DNA of 64,000 nucleotides from positions 1,296-65,295 of the forward strand of contig REDD01000139.1 in the NCBI GenBank assembly GCA_007693725.1. Reading direction: 5' to 3'. Each line of letters begins with the position of its first letter. The first letter of the stretch is position 1. Made by a program: the position numbers and the translations under genes. The DNA comes from Phycisphaeraceae bacterium (GTDB lineage Bacteria; Planctomycetota; Phycisphaerae; Phycisphaerales; UBA1924). The notes below the pieces were generated by a model that was not told the DNA's origin, made no database searches, and worked only from the letters and a program-made list of their open reading frames with translations. Shown one piece after another: positions 44,914 to 57,963 of the stretch.

Positions 44914-45711
44914 TCATGCGGCGGTCTCCATGGCAGCAAGGACGGCATCGTGCGTGGCCTGGATGCCCGCGACGGGATCCGCCTCACCGCGAAACTCTAT
45001 GGAAAGATTGCCATCGAACCCAACGGCCTTGACCGCTTCGAGACAAACCGGCAGATCGAAGGCCTTGTGCTTGCCCTTGGCTCCGAATTCGGTCGTGGCG
45101 ACGGTGACCGCGGCGGCGTAGGGCACCAGAGCCCGGAGGTAGGCACCGGGATCATCGGTCGCGCTGGCCGCCTCAAAGTCGGGGAATGACCCGATGCGGA
45201 ACCCCCCCACCCTGCGGATCAGGCCGGTCAGGCCCTCCGGCGTCTGCGTGATGCCGGGGCTGGGGGAAATCAGGAGGTTCAATTCGAGCTGCTCGGCGAT
45301 GGTGAGGATCTTGCGGATGTTGTCCAGCAGGATCTCCTCGGTGAGCTCGGGATCGGGGGTAACGCCCGGATCGGTGATGCTCATCGCAACCGATGAGCAT
45401 CCCAGCCGCCCCGCCGCCCGGAGGACACGCTCCATCCGATCGATCGTCCCGGCGGTGACCGTCTCATCCTCGATGGAGAGGTTGTGGGCGTTCTGCTCGA
45501 CCATGGCCAGCCACGGGCAGCCCGCCTTGTCGGCGGCGTCACGGAGGCGATCGAGCCCCTCGGGGGACTGGCCCTTGAGATAGCAGGTCTGGACGGTGAG
45601 GCCCTTGATGTCGAATCGATCATGCACAAACGCCGGGAGCTTCTGGATCGTGAGATCCCCATTAGGCTCGAGGAAGCGGGCGAGCGACTTGGCGGAGAGC
45701 GTGATGAGCAT
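44914..45711 (-). CDS. xylose-isomerase-like TIM-barrel protein (sugar phosphate isomerase/epimerase family, tentative)
   Basis: A 265-aa reading from 'MLITLSAKSL' with coding-type codon usage and alternating beta/alpha pattern ('CSSVAMSI', 'LNLLISP', 'NLSIEFRG'). The 185 codons upstream in the same ORF look non-coding and would overlap gcvH. Confidence 0.55.
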   Translation of the reverse strand: MLITLSAKSLARFLEPNGDLTIQKLPAFVHDRFDIKGLTVQTCYLKGQSPEGLDRLRDAADKAGCPWLAMVEQNAHNLSIEDETVTAGTIDRMERVLRAAGRLGCSSVAMSITDPGVTPDPELTEEILLDNIRKILTIAEQLELNLLISPSPGITQTPEGLTGLIRRVGGFRIGSFPDFEAASATDDPGAYLRALVPYAAAVTVATTEFGAKGKHKAFDLPVCLEAVKAVGFDGNLSIEFRGEADPVAGIQATHDAVLAAMETAA

Positions 45712-46150
45712 GGATCTGGGCGGAGCGTTGCGACCCGGTGACCGAGGCCGGTGGCGGCACTGTACCGGGGTGGATGGGATGGTGGAAGGAGCCCGGTCGG
45801 GTGGTGGATAGCGTGTCGCTCGTGGGGCGTAGAAAAAGACGGCCCAGCACAAAGGCCAGACCGTCTGGAGGGGAGAAAGCATCAATTCTCGTGCGATTTG
45901 GCGGATTTCCGCGTCGGGCACGGGAAAAGTCTCGCATGTCAGGGGGGCCGCGCCAAGGACAAATGTGAAAATAGGCCGAATTGAGTTGTGCCCTGACCGA
46001 TCGCAGAACCATTCGCATTGGGGGATTCGGGGATCCTGAAAAGATGGGGACTTGCAGCACGGGCGGCCACGGCTAGCATCCGCTTCCCCTGTGTGCCGGG
46101 ATGGGCGTTTTTGGCCCGTGAGCGGCACTGACCCCTGACGGAGCCCGCAA

Positions 46151-46531
46151 ATGTCCTCACCAGCCGATTGCAAGTACACCGATTCGCATGAATGGCACCG
46201 TCTCGAGGGGGATGTTGTCACGCTGGGGATCACCCAGTTCGCCGTGAATGAATTGACGGACATCACCTACGCCGAGCTGAAGAGGGTCGGGACGCAGGTG
46301 AAGCCGGGGGACCCGATCGGCGAGGTGGAGAGCGTGAAGGCGACCAGCGATGTCTACACCGCTGTGGGCGGGGAGATCATCGAGATCAACAGCACCCTGT
46401 CGGACGACCCCTCGGCGGTGAACAACGACCCGTTCCATGCGGGTTGGCTGGTCAAGATCCGGGTCTCGGACAGTGCAGCGCTGGAGTCGCTGATGGACGG
46501 CCCGTCGTACGACGCGAAGTACCCGGTGTGA
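46151..46531 (+). CDS. gcvH: glycine cleavage system protein H
   Basis: 'YTDSHEWHRLEGDVVTLGITQFA' and the lipoyl-lysine motif 'GEVESVKATSDVY'. Confidence 0.95.
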   Translation: MSSPADCKYTDSHEWHRLEGDVVTLGITQFAVNELTDITYAELKRVGTQVKPGDPIGEVESVKATSDVYTAVGGEIIEINSTLSDDPSAVNNDPFHAGWLVKIRVSDSAALESLMDGPSYDAKYPV

Positions 46532-46594
46532 TTTGGTGGGATCCGAGGGGCATCCGGTGTGTGCGCGTGAGCGAACCTTGCGCGGGGAGATCGC

Positions 46595-47329
46595 ATGATT
46601 CGCTGCGTTGATGTCTGGAAGTCGTATCGCACGGGCGGACGGAGCGTCGAGGCGTTGCGCGGCGTGGACCTCGTGATCGAGGAGCCGGGCTTCTACGCGA
46701 TCATGGGGGCTTCCGGGAGCGGGAAGAGCACGCTGCTGCACCTGCTGGCCGCGCTGGATGTGCCGGATCGGGGCGAGTTGCATGTGGGCGGGCGGAGGAT
46801 CGACGGGCTGAGCGAGCGGGAGCTGACGGCGTTCCGGAGGCACGAGATCGGGATCGTCTTTCAGCAGTTCAATCTGATCGCGACGATGACGGCGGCGGAG
46901 AATGTCGCGTTGCCGGGTCTGCTGGCGGGACAGCCCGCGCGAACCCTGCGGGCGCGGTCGCTCGAGTTGCTGGAGCAGCTCGGGCTTGCGGAACGGGCGG
47001 ACCATCGTCCCGAAGCGCTGTCGGGCGGCGAGCAGCAGCGGGTGGCGATCGCAAGGGCGCTGCTGTACTCGCCGAGCGTGCTCTTCGCCGATGAGCCGAC
47101 GGGGAATCTTGATTCGCGGTCGAGCGAAGCGCTGTGGGAGTTTCTCAGATCGCTCTCATCGCAGCGTGAGATGACCGTGATCATGGTGACGCACGAGCCG
47201 GCGGCGGCGGCGCACTGTCGGCGGGCGTACCTGCTGAGCGACGGCCGAGTGACGGGTGAAATCGGGACGGAAGGACTGGATGCGAGCGGTATCGCGGCTG
47301 AGTATCAACGCGTTGCTCGGTCGGCGTAG
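46595..47329 (+). CDS. ABC transporter ATP-binding protein (MacB/LolD-like)
   Basis: '[18 protein letters not shown]', 'LSGGEQQRVAIARAL' and 'LFADEPTGNLD'. Confidence 0.9.
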   Translation: MIRCVDVWKSYRTGGRSVEALRGVDLVIEEPGFYAIMGASGSGKSTLLHLLAALDVPDRGELHVGGRRIDGLSERELTAFRRHEIGIVFQQFNLIATMTAAENVALPGLLAGQPARTLRARSLELLEQLGLAERADHRPEALSGGEQQRVAIARALLYSPSVLFADEPTGNLDSRSSEALWEFLRSLSSQREMTVIMVTHEPAAAAHCRRAYLLSDGRVTGEIGTEGLDASGIAAEYQRVARSA

Positions 47330-49856
47330 CCGGACGGCATTGCTGATCGGTGCGGTCGCGCTCTCGACAGCGCTGGTCGCGGCGATCGCGTGCGCGCTGT
47401 CGTCGCTGAACGAGGGGATGTCGTTCAAGCTGGCGAACACGATCGGTCGAGCCGATCTGATCGTGCGCGAGGTGTCGGGAGATCGTTTCTCGACGAATGT
47501 TCTGACGCGACTGCGTGAGCGTCCGGAGGTTCTGGTCGCTGCGCCACGCACGCGAGAGCCGGTGTTTCTTCGGGGGGAGGATGGCGCGGAACCGACGCTC
47601 GCCTCGCTCCAGGGCATCGATCCTGCGACGGAGTATCAGGTGGTGACCGGGGAGGTCGACTTCGGTCGGCGGGTTGGCGCCGATGGCGAGATCGTGCTGG
47701 ACCGGCAGACGGCGGAGTCGCTGGGGGTGGAGATCGGCGGCGAGGTGCTGGCCGGTGATGGAGACCGGCGTCGTGCGCTGCGGCTGGTCGGTGTGGTGGC
47801 GCCGAAGACGATCGAGATCATCAATCGCCCCTCGGGATTCGTGACCATCCCGACGCTGCACCAGATCACGGGCAGGATCGGGACGCTGCACGAAGTCCAT
47901 GTGATTCTGCGCGACGGCGTGGACAGCACCGAGATGGTCGATCGGCTGTCGGCTGCGCTGCCGTCGGGGATGCTCATCCGCGAGTCGGAGCTTGTGACCT
48001 CCGGCCTGCAGGGGAGGATGCGCGCGAACAAGATTCTGTTCGTGACCGCGGCTGGGCTGGCGTACATCGCGGCGGCGTTCATCGTGCTCACCGGGCTGAC
48101 AACGAGCGTGCTCGAACGACAGCGGGAACTGGCGGTGCTGCGCTGCATCGGCGCCAAACGCCTGCAACTCGCGGTCATGCAAATGTTTGTGGGCGGCGTC
48201 ATCGGGATCGGCGGAGCGGTGGTGGGTGTGCCGCTGGGGATCTTCCTCGCGTGGGTGATGACGGTGATCTTCCCGGAACGATTACCCGCGGGGTTGTACA
48301 CGCCGGTGGTGGGGTTGCTCGCGGCTGGGGGCGGATCGGTGCTGGCGGGTCTTGTCGGCGCGATCTGGCCGAGCATCAACGCTTCACGAACAAAGCCGCT
48401 GGTTGCGATGGCATCACGGGCGAGGCCGGTGCGTCGGCGCGGCATCGTGGTGGTGACCATCGCCGCATTGATTGGCCTGGGCTCGCAGTTTGTCATCGTC
48501 TCGCGCGTCGAGAATCTGGATGCGCTCTTCTGGGCGTATACGGCGGTCGGGCTGCCCGCGATGTTCATCGGCTACTTCCTGCTGGGCGTGCCGTTGATCG
48601 CGCTGCTGTCGCGCACGCTCGCGCCGGTGCTGTCGCGGCTGCTGGGGCTTCCTGGGCGATTGCTCGGGAGCACGGTCGGCGCGACGCCCTACCGCAACGG
48701 CTTCACCGCGGGGGCGTTGATGGTGGGGCTGTCGATGATGGTGAGCGTGTGGACGAACGGGAACGCGGTGCTGCGTGACTGGTTCGACACGATCCGCTTC
48801 CCGGACGCCTTCGCAACGGGTGTCTTCGGCGGGATCAAGATCACCCCGGAGGCGCGGGCGCGGGTGGATGCGCTGCCCTTCGTGTCGCAGACCGCCGCGA
48901 TCACGCTGATCGACATCGAGACGCGGGCGTTCAGCTTGATCCGCGGGATCCGCGGGCCGGGAACGACCTTCATCGCCTTCGAGGTGGATCCTTTCTTCGA
49001 GATGACGAACCTGTACTGGGTGCAGGGCACGCCGGAGGAAGCGATCCCCAAGCTGCGGGACGGCACGGGCGTTCTGGTCGCGCAGGAGTTTCTGGTCCAG
49101 CGCGAGGGGTACTCGATCGGCCACATGTTCCCGATCACCTATCTCGGTCGGACGAAGGAATTTGAGATCGTCGGTGCGGTGTCATCGCCGGGTCTCGATG
49201 TCGTGCGTCGGTACTTCGACTTCGAGGAGGAGTACGCGCGGAACTCGATCCACGCGATCTTCGGATCGCGCGAAGTGTTGCGCGAACTGTTCCGGACGGA
49301 TGCGATCGACATGCTGCAGATCGCGCTGACGGGCGATATCTCGGATGAGGAAGCGACGGAGAAGCTGCGCGAGACCATCGGCATCCCCGGCGTTGTGACC
49401 GGGTCGGGACGGGAGATCAAGCAGAACATCGTGGACATCGGGCGCGGGTCGATGCGGATCGCGACGATCGTCGCCATCGCCACAATGCTCATCGGTTGCG
49501 CGGGGGTCGCGAACATCGTCATCGCCGGGATCGATGCACGCAGGTACGAGTTCGGCGTGCTGCGGGCGGTGGGGATGGGACGGGGTGCGCTGGCGCGGCT
49601 GGTGCTGGGCGAGGTGGTGGTCGTCGCGGTCTGCGGGGCAATACTGGGAACGCTGCTGGGGCTCCAGAGCGCCTGGGCGGGGCAGCGGATCAGTTCGCTG
49701 GTGGCGGGGATCGAACTGCGGCTCCGCCCGCCGCTGGATGCCATCTCGCTGGGATGGGGGATCCTCATCGGGATGACGCTGCTCAGCGTGCTGCCGATCG
49801 TGCTGAGCGTGTCGCGGCTGAAGATCCGCGAGCTGCTCCAGACCACACGGGGATGA
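47280..49856 (+). CDS. FtsX-like ABC transporter permease with two FtsX/MacB-type halves
   Basis: 'INALLGRRSRTALLIGAVALSTALV' is followed by a periplasmic domain and four TM segments, and this pattern repeats once. ATG 47280 is preceded by GGAAGGA and overlaps the ATPase gene by 50 nt. The ORF opens at 47256. Confidence 0.85.
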   Translation: MRAVSRLSINALLGRRSRTALLIGAVALSTALVAAIACALSSLNEGMSFKLANTIGRADLIVREVSGDRFSTNVLTRLRERPEVLVAAPRTREPVFLRGEDGAEPTLASLQGIDPATEYQVVTGEVDFGRRVGADGEIVLDRQTAESLGVEIGGEVLAGDGDRRRALRLVGVVAPKTIEIINRPSGFVTIPTLHQITGRIGTLHEVHVILRDGVDSTEMVDRLSAALPSGMLIRESELVTSGLQGRMRANKILFVTAAGLAYIAAAFIVLTGLTTSVLERQRELAVLRCIGAKRLQLAVMQMFVGGVIGIGGAVVGVPLGIFLAWVMTVIFPERLPAGLYTPVVGLLAAGGGSVLAGLVGAIWPSINASRTKPLVAMASRARPVRRRGIVVVTIAALIGLGSQFVIVSRVENLDALFWAYTAVGLPAMFIGYFLLGVPLIALLSRTLAPVLSRLLGLPGRLLGSTVGATPYRNGFTAGALMVGLSMMVSVWTNGNAVLRDWFDTIRFPDAFATGVFGGIKITPEARARVDALPFVSQTAAITLIDIETRAFSLIRGIRGPGTTFIAFEVDPFFEMTNLYWVQGTPEEAIPKLRDGTGVLVAQEFLVQREGYSIGHMFPITYLGRTKEFEIVGAVSSPGLDVVRRYFDFEEEYARNSIHAIFGSREVLRELFRTDAIDMLQIALTGDISDEEATEKLRETIGIPGVVTGSGREIKQNIVDIGRGSMRIATIVAIATMLIGCAGVANIVIAGIDARRYEFGVLRAVGMGRGALARLVLGEVVVVAVCGAILGTLLGLQSAWAGQRISSLVAGIELRLRPPLDAISLGWGILIGMTLLSVLPIVLSVSRLKIRELLQTTRG

Positions 49857-49880
49857 CGGGTTCCTGCATAGGATCGTTCC

Positions 49881-52019
<2,139 letters not shown>

Positions 52020-52104
52020 GCCCCGCGGGTCGGCCGGGTCTCATCGGGGTTGACCCGGTCTGCATCGGGGGCTCGGCATCGCTCGAACCGCATGACCTCC
52101 GGGC

Positions 52105-55100
52105 ATGGTCCGTGCCGCGCCCTATCATCCCCGCCCTGATGCCAACGGAGCCCATTTCATCGTGCCAACGACCAAACGACGCAGCGCTGCCAAACCGAAA
52201 CCCGCCGCTGCGAAAGTCGACGCGGATGCGCCCCCGGAACCGGAGCCGGAGGTCCGGCGCGTGAGCCCGAAGCAGACCCCCGTCGAGGTTGATGGCGCCC
52301 TTGCGCCGAAGTCCGGCGCTCACCGGCGCGATCCGCTGCGGTCGATCCGGGTCCGCGGGGCGCGCGAGCACAACCTCAAGGGCATCGATGTCGAGATCCC
52401 GCGCGACCGGCTCGTGGTCATCACCGGGTTGAGCGGATCGGGCAAGTCGTCGCTCGCCTTCGACACGATCTTCGCCGAGGGTCAGCGGAAGTACATGGAG
52501 TCGCTCTCGGCGTACGCCCGCCAATTCCTCGACCAGCTCAAGAAGCCGGATGTCGAGGACATCGAGGGCCTCCCCCCCACCATCGCCATCGAGCAGCGCT
52601 CCAGCGGTCACAACCCCCGCTCGACCGTCGCCACGAGCACCGAGATCTACGACTATCTCCGCCTGCTCTTCGCTCGCTGCGGCACGCCGACCTGCTGGGC
52701 GCCGGTGAAGACCAAGCGCGACGGCACGATCCAGAAGCGCTGCGGGCTGCCGATCGACTCGTCCTCGCCCTCGCAGATCACCGATGCGGTCACATCGCTG
52801 CCCGAGGGCACGCGGCTGATGGTGCTCGCGCCGGTCGTGCGGGCGAAGAAGGGCTTCCACAAGGAAGTGCTGGACGACCTCGTCGCACAGGGATTCATCC
52901 GCGCACGCGTGAACGGGGCGGTGACCGATCTCCGCGAGGCGCTCAAGGACGGATCGGAGAATCCGCTCAAGCTCGGGCGCTACGAGAAGCACACGATCGA
53001 GGCGGTCATCGACCGGATCGTGGTCAAGCCCGATGGGCGTCAGCGGCTCGTCGAATCGGTCGAGACGGCCCTGCGCGCGGGTGGGGGCGTCGTTGTCATC
53101 GCCACGGAGAACGACGACAGCACATGGACCGACCAGACCTACTCCGAGCATTACGCCTGCGCGGTCCATCCCGAGTGTTCGCTGGAGGAGCTTGAGCCGC
53201 GGATGTTCTCCTTCAACTCGCCCTTCGGCGCGTGCGAGCGATGCAGCGGCCTCGGCGCGATCCTCGAATTCGATGAAGACCTCGTCGTTCCGGACTACTC
53301 CCGATCGCTGCGGCGCGGCGGCATTGCGCCGTGGAAGAAGAACGGTCCGGGCGGGATGTACTACCCGCGCCTGCTCCGGCGCTTCTGCCGTCAGTTCGAC
53401 TGGTCCTACGACGCACCGCTGGAGGGCATGTCCGACGATCTCTACGACATCCTGCTCTACGGCACGGATGAGGCGGAGGCCGCGGAACACGGCGCAGCGT
53501 GGCCGGGCGTCATCGCGATCCTGCACGAGTGGTTCGAGAAGACCGATTCCTCGTGGTCACGCGATCACCTGCACCAGTTCATGACGGAGCGCGAGTGCCC
53601 CGAGTGCCGCGGCGATCGGCTGGCGATGAAGTCGCTGGCGGTTTTCATCGGATGCACCGAACCGCTCCCCAAGGAAGTCGCCAAGGCTCGCGGCGCGCAC
53701 GGATTCACGGACGATCCGCACCTGCTGAACATCGCCGACTTCACCAAGCTGAACATCAGCGATGCCATCCGGATCATCACATCGCTCAAGCTCACGCGCG
53801 AGCAGCAGGAGATCGCCGGTCCGATCGTCCGCGAGGTCGAGGCGCGACTTGGATTTCTTGCCTCGGTCGGTCTGGAATATCTCTCGCTCGACCGACGCAC
53901 CGCGACGCTCTCCGGCGGCGAGGCGCAGCGCATCCGGCTGGCGACGCAGGTCGGCAGCGGGCTGGTCGGCGCGTGTTATGTCCTCGACGAGCCGACCATC
54001 GGCCTGCACCAGCGGGACAACGGCCGGCTCATCCGCACCCTCCGCCACCTCACCGACATCGGGAACACCGTCATCGTTGTCGAGCATGATGAGGAGATGA
54101 TCCGCTCCGCAGACCATCTGCTCGACATCGGTCCGGGCCCGGGCGTGCATGGCGGGACGGTCGTCGCGCAGGGCACCGTCGATGAAGTCGCCGCACACGA
54201 GACCTCCATCACGGGTCAGTATCTCAGCGGCAAGCGCCGGATCGAAATTCCGGTGGCCCGGCGCTCCGTGAGCGAGAAGAAGGCGCTCGTTGTGAAGGGC
54301 GCCAAGGAGAACAACCTCAAATCCATCGATGCCGTGTTCCCGCTCGGTGGCATCGTCTGCATCACCGGCGTTTCCGGGTCCGGCAAGAGCACGCTCGTCA
54401 ACGACATCCTGCTCAAGGCGACGCACCAGCATCTCTACGGCGGACGCCACAAGCCCGGCGCACACGACCGCGTCAACGGACTGAACCAGATCGACCGAAT
54501 CATCGAGGTCGACCAGTCCCCGATCGGGCGCACCCCCCGCAGCAACCCCGCGACCTACACAGGGCTGTTCGATGATGTCCGGCGCGTCTATGTGCAGACC
54601 AAGGAGGCCCGCATCCGCGGCTACAAGCCCGGCCGCTTCTCCTTCAATGTCAAGGGAGGTCGCTGCGAGGCATGTCAGGGACAGGGCACCAAGAAGATCG
54701 AGATGCACTTCCTCCCCGATGTCTATGTCGAGTGCGAGGTCTGCGCCGGGAAGCGATTCAACCGCGAGACGCTCCAGGTCACCTACCGCGGCAAGTCGAT
54801 CGCCGATGTGCTCGCGATGACCGTCGAGGAGGCGTGCGGCTTCTTCGAGAATCATCCGAAGATCCAGCGCTTCGTCGAGTGCCTGCGTGATGTCGGGCTC
54901 TCCTACATCACGCTCGGCCAGCCCTCGACAACGCTCTCCGGCGGCGAAGCCCAGCGCGTGAAGCTCGCCACCGAACTCGGCAAGGGCGCCACCGGCCACA
55001 CGCTCTACATCCTCGACGAACCGACCACCGGGCTGCACTTCGAGGATGTCGCCAAACTCCTCTCCGTCATGCACCGCCTCGCCGATGCCGGGCACACGCT

Positions 55101-55275
55101 GGTCGTCATCGAGCACAATCTCGATGTCATCAAGTGCGCCGACTGGATCATCGACCTCGGACCCGAGGGCGGCGATGGCGGCGGGCGGATCGTCGCGGCG
55201 GGCACGCCCGAGGATGTCGCACGGACCCCGCACAGCCACACGGGGCGCTATCTCAAAGTGATGCTCGACGCCTGA
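52105..55275 (+). CDS. uvrA: excinuclease ABC subunit A
   Basis: '[50 protein letters not shown]', two ABC modules and zinc modules ('CPECRGDR', '[16 protein letters not shown]'). The ~78 codons before the conserved core may or may not be translated; alternative in-frame GTGs are at 52162 and 52261. Confidence 0.97.
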   Translation: MVRAAPYHPRPDANGAHFIVPTTKRRSAAKPKPAAAKVDADAPPEPEPEVRRVSPKQTPVEVDGALAPKSGAHRRDPLRSIRVRGAREHNLKGIDVEIPRDRLVVITGLSGSGKSSLAFDTIFAEGQRKYMESLSAYARQFLDQLKKPDVEDIEGLPPTIAIEQRSSGHNPRSTVATSTEIYDYLRLLFARCGTPTCWAPVKTKRDGTIQKRCGLPIDSSSPSQITDAVTSLPEGTRLMVLAPVVRAKKGFHKEVLDDLVAQGFIRARVNGAVTDLREALKDGSENPLKLGRYEKHTIEAVIDRIVVKPDGRQRLVESVETALRAGGGVVVIATENDDSTWTDQTYSEHYACAVHPECSLEELEPRMFSFNSPFGACERCSGLGAILEFDEDLVVPDYSRSLRRGGIAPWKKNGPGGMYYPRLLRRFCRQFDWSYDAPLEGMSDDLYDILLYGTDEAEAAEHGAAWPGVIAILHEWFEKTDSSWSRDHLHQFMTERECPECRGDRLAMKSLAVFIGCTEPLPKEVAKARGAHGFTDDPHLLNIADFTKLNISDAIRIITSLKLTREQQEIAGPIVREVEARLGFLASVGLEYLSLDRRTATLSGGEAQRIRLATQVGSGLVGACYVLDEPTIGLHQRDNGRLIRTLRHLTDIGNTVIVVEHDEEMIRSADHLLDIGPGPGVHGGTVVAQGTVDEVAAHETSITGQYLSGKRRIEIPVARRSVSEKKALVVKGAKENNLKSIDAVFPLGGIVCITGVSGSGKSTLVNDILLKATHQHLYGGRHKPGAHDRVNGLNQIDRIIEVDQSPIGRTPRSNPATYTGLFDDVRRVYVQTKEARIRGYKPGRFSFNVKGGRCEACQGQGTKKIEMHFLPDVYVECEVCAGKRFNRETLQVTYRGKSIADVLAMTVEEACGFFENHPKIQRFVECLRDVGLSYITLGQPSTTLSGGEAQRVKLATELGKGATGHTLYILDEPTTGLHFEDVAKLLSVMHRLADAGHTLVVIEHNLDVIKCADWIIDLGPEGGDGGGRIVAAGTPEDVARTPHSHTGRYLKVMLDA

Positions 55276-55300
55276 GTGCTCGCCCCAGATTCGTTACTCT

Positions 55301-55837
55301 GTGGGCATGATCGGCACCAGCGTGATCATCCTGCTCAGCGTCCTCGGCGTCGTGATCGTCTTCGGCGTCATCACGAACATCATGCAGGGACCGTCGCGCG
55401 GCTGGCGTCTCCTCGCCGAGCGGTACCCCCCGGCATCAGTGAATCCCGAAGCAAAGCCGGTCCGCACGCAGATCTTCATCGGCGCCCCCGGCGAGGAGAG
55501 CTTCTTCCAGCGCCCCGCCCCGGGTTGCTGGTGGTTTTTCATGCCGTGGACATGGCGTCGGGGCGTGCAGGAAGTCGTCCTGTGCAGCGATGAGGACCAT
55601 CTGCACCTCGAACGCTCGGGCGGCCCCGGCGTCAGCACGCTCGCGATCTCGATCCCGTGGGCAGCGGTCGAGTTCGGGAATGTCGTGCAACATCATCTGG
55701 GGCAGTACGCCATGATGAGTGTCGACGAGGTGGATCTGGCGATCCCGGTTCCCGCCATCGAGCAGGAACTCGAAATCAGACGAGCCCTGCAATCACGGGA
55801 AGGGCTCGGAGAAAACGAGACTGACCCGTACGCATGA
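55301..55837 (+). CDS. hypothetical membrane-anchored protein
   Basis: 178-aa ORF with N-terminal TM segment 'IGTSVIILLSVLGVVIVFGVI' and typical codon usage. Confidence 0.65.
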   Translation: MGMIGTSVIILLSVLGVVIVFGVITNIMQGPSRGWRLLAERYPPASVNPEAKPVRTQIFIGAPGEESFFQRPAPGCWWFFMPWTWRRGVQEVVLCSDEDHLHLERSGGPGVSTLAISIPWAAVEFGNVVQHHLGQYAMMSVDEVDLAIPVPAIEQELEIRRALQSREGLGENETDPYA

Positions 55838-55840
55838 AGA

Positions 55841-56215
55841 TCACGACACCGTCGCGCCGGGCGGGATCTCACCCATCGGCGTCAGCAGCACAACCTGCCG
55901 GTCGATCCCCTGCTCGCTGGCCTGCTCGTTCGAGGCGTTCGACGCCGCCAGCAGCATGCCGTGGGACTCCTCGCCCCGGATCGTCCTCGGGGCCAGATTC
56001 GCCACGATGACGATCGACTTCCCGACCAGATCCTCCGGCTCGTAGTACCCCCGGATCCCGGCACAGATCTGGCGGGGCTGGCCGGAGCCGTCATCCAACT
56101 GGAGCTTGAGGAGGCGGTCGGCGTTCGGATGGTGCTCCGCCTTGACGATGCGGGCGGTGCGCAGATCGACACGCGCGAAATCCTCGAAGGTGATCTGGGG
56201 CTTGGCCTCGGACAT
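55841..56215 (-). CDS. tRNA-binding-domain protein (CsaA / MetG C-terminal-like)
   Basis: '[43 protein letters not shown]', '[29 protein letters not shown]'. Start set at 'MSEAKPQ' (56215). Confidence 0.8.
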   Translation of the reverse strand: MSEAKPQITFEDFARVDLRTARIVKAEHHPNADRLLKLQLDDGSGQPRQICAGIRGYYEPEDLVGKSIVIVANLAPRTIRGEESHGMLLAASNASNEQASEQGIDRQVVLLTPMGEIPPGATVS

Positions 56216-56448
56216 CGGTGGGCTCCTGCGGCAAGAACTGGGGCGTTGGCTCAGAACGATCGGCGACCCTCTCGCACAAACCGGCGGGAGGCCGCCCGGA
56301 GGGCCCCAGTGTAGCCCCATCGACGCCCTCTCACGACGAATTCCGTTGAGTGCAGGAGGCGCAGGGGCTGCGCCGATACCCTTGCTGCGGGACGAGCCCG
56401 TCCCGCGGGATTCTCTGTCAGCACCAGGTCAGCAAGGGAGAGAGCGCG

Positions 56449-57948
56449 TTGTTGCATCGCCACGGTTGGATTCGGGTCGGACTCGGTCTCGTCACGCTTC
56501 TCGCGGTCACCGCCGCGGCGGCGGCATCCTCGCTCGATCAGCAGATCGAAACGCTCCTCAATCGCTCGAAGCTCGATCCGCGTGTCCGTCTTTCCATCAC
56601 CATCCTCGATGCCCAGACGGGCCGAACCCTCGGCTCCCATCGGCCCGACGCCGCGATGATCCCCGCCTCGAACATGAAGCTTCTGACCAGCGCGGTCGCG
56701 GCGGATGTCCTCGGGCCGGACTTCGTCTTCGAATCGCACCTGCTCATCCAGCCCGGCGTCGACGGCAGCCCGAAACGAGTCATCGTGCAGGGATCGGGCG
56801 ACCCCGCCTTCGCCGATCCCGAACTGCTCCAGGAGATGCGGCTCTCCGTCGAGGACCTCCTCGAAACATGGGTGAGCGCCCTCCGCAGCGCCGGGGCACT
56901 CGATGTCGAGGAACTCGTTGTCGACGATCGGATCTTCGACCGTGACTTCGTCCACCCGACATGGCCCGAGGCCCAGCTCAACCGTCGCTACTGCGCCGAG
57001 GTCGCCGGGTTCAACTTCCACACCAACATCCTCTCCATCTACACCACCCCGACACGCGAAGGTGCTGCCCCCACGCTCCGCACCGAGCCGGATTCGCCGT
57101 GGATCTCGCTCAACAACCGCGCACGCACCGTCGGACGCAGCGGCAACCACACCGCCTGGGCTTCGCGCCGTCACGGCAGCAACGACATCGGAGTACACGG
57201 CGACATCCGCCACGCCTCCTCCCCCGTTCCGGTCACCGTCCACAACATCCCCGAGTACTTCGCCACGCTGCTTGCTCACCGCATCCGCAGCGCGGGCGGC
57301 AGCGTCGCAACGGTCCGCACCGCCGACATGAGCGACGATTTCTCCGATGCCATCGCGATCCACACCGTCCGCACACCGCTGAGCGTTGTGCTCGAACGCT
57401 GCAACAAGGATTCGAGCAATCTCTACGCCGAAGCCCTGCTCAAGCGGATCGGGCACGAGATCACGCGCACGCCGGGATCGTGGGCCAACGGCGCCACCGT
57501 GATCCGCATGAACATCCTCGAACGCATCGGTCCGGAGGCCGCGAGCCACATCATCGTGGCGGATGGCTCCGGCATGAGCCGCCAGAACCGCGTCACGACC
57601 GGCGTGATCGCCCGCTGGCTCCACGCCGTCGGGGCGGATGAACGCATCGGCCGATTCTTCATCGATTCACTCCCCACCGCCGGGGAGGGCACACTCCGCA
57701 GACGCATGCGCGACCGGCAGTCCAACAACACCATCCGCGCCAAGAGCGGCTACCTCTCGGGCGTCTCCGCACTCTCCGGATATGTGATCGACGAATCCAC
57801 CGGGCGGAAGGTCATCTTCGCGGTCATCAGCAACGAGCGTCCCGGAAATGTCGCCCTCGCCGCGGTTCGCAACATCGAGGAAGAAATAATCCTCATCGCC
57901 GATGCGTGGCTGACCGAGCGCTCGCGAGCGACTTCGTCCGCCCGCTGA
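56449..57948 (+). CDS. dacB: D-alanyl-D-alanine carboxypeptidase/endopeptidase (PBP4, S13 family)
   Basis: 'PASNMKLLTS' (SxxK), 'KDSSNLYAE' (SxN) and 'AKSGYLSGVSALSGY' (KTG-like). Start tentatively TTG 56449 after GGGAGAG, which gives a signal peptide. The ORF opens at 56350. Confidence 0.8.
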   Translation: MLHRHGWIRVGLGLVTLLAVTAAAAASSLDQQIETLLNRSKLDPRVRLSITILDAQTGRTLGSHRPDAAMIPASNMKLLTSAVAADVLGPDFVFESHLLIQPGVDGSPKRVIVQGSGDPAFADPELLQEMRLSVEDLLETWVSALRSAGALDVEELVVDDRIFDRDFVHPTWPEAQLNRRYCAEVAGFNFHTNILSIYTTPTREGAAPTLRTEPDSPWISLNNRARTVGRSGNHTAWASRRHGSNDIGVHGDIRHASSPVPVTVHNIPEYFATLLAHRIRSAGGSVATVRTADMSDDFSDAIAIHTVRTPLSVVLERCNKDSSNLYAEALLKRIGHEITRTPGSWANGATVIRMNILERIGPEAASHIIVADGSGMSRQNRVTTGVIARWLHAVGADERIGRFFIDSLPTAGEGTLRRRMRDRQSNNTIRAKSGYLSGVSALSGYVIDESTGRKVIFAVISNERPGNVALAAVRNIEEEIILIADAWLTERSRATSSAR

Positions 57949-57963
57949 TCCGACAAACCCGGA

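Noticed and set aside
45850-45960. Glycine-riboswitch-like fragments upstream of gcvH. I also looked for one upstream of the AGCS symporter at 7031-7138.
   Set aside because: The fragments ('CTGGAGGGGAG', 'GTCAGGGGGG', 'GCGCCAAGGACAAA') are in the wrong order relative to the aptamer consensus. The core ACCGAAGG and CUCAGGCAA elements are not intact, and nothing similar lies upstream of the symporter.
45712-46266. A 185-codon upstream extension of the TIM-barrel ORF (the track ORF 44914..46266).
   Set aside because: The translation is Cys/Arg/Ser/Pro-rich with no coding-like codon bias. It would overlap the gcvH start, and the downstream 'MLITLSAK' start gives a sensible 265-aa protein.
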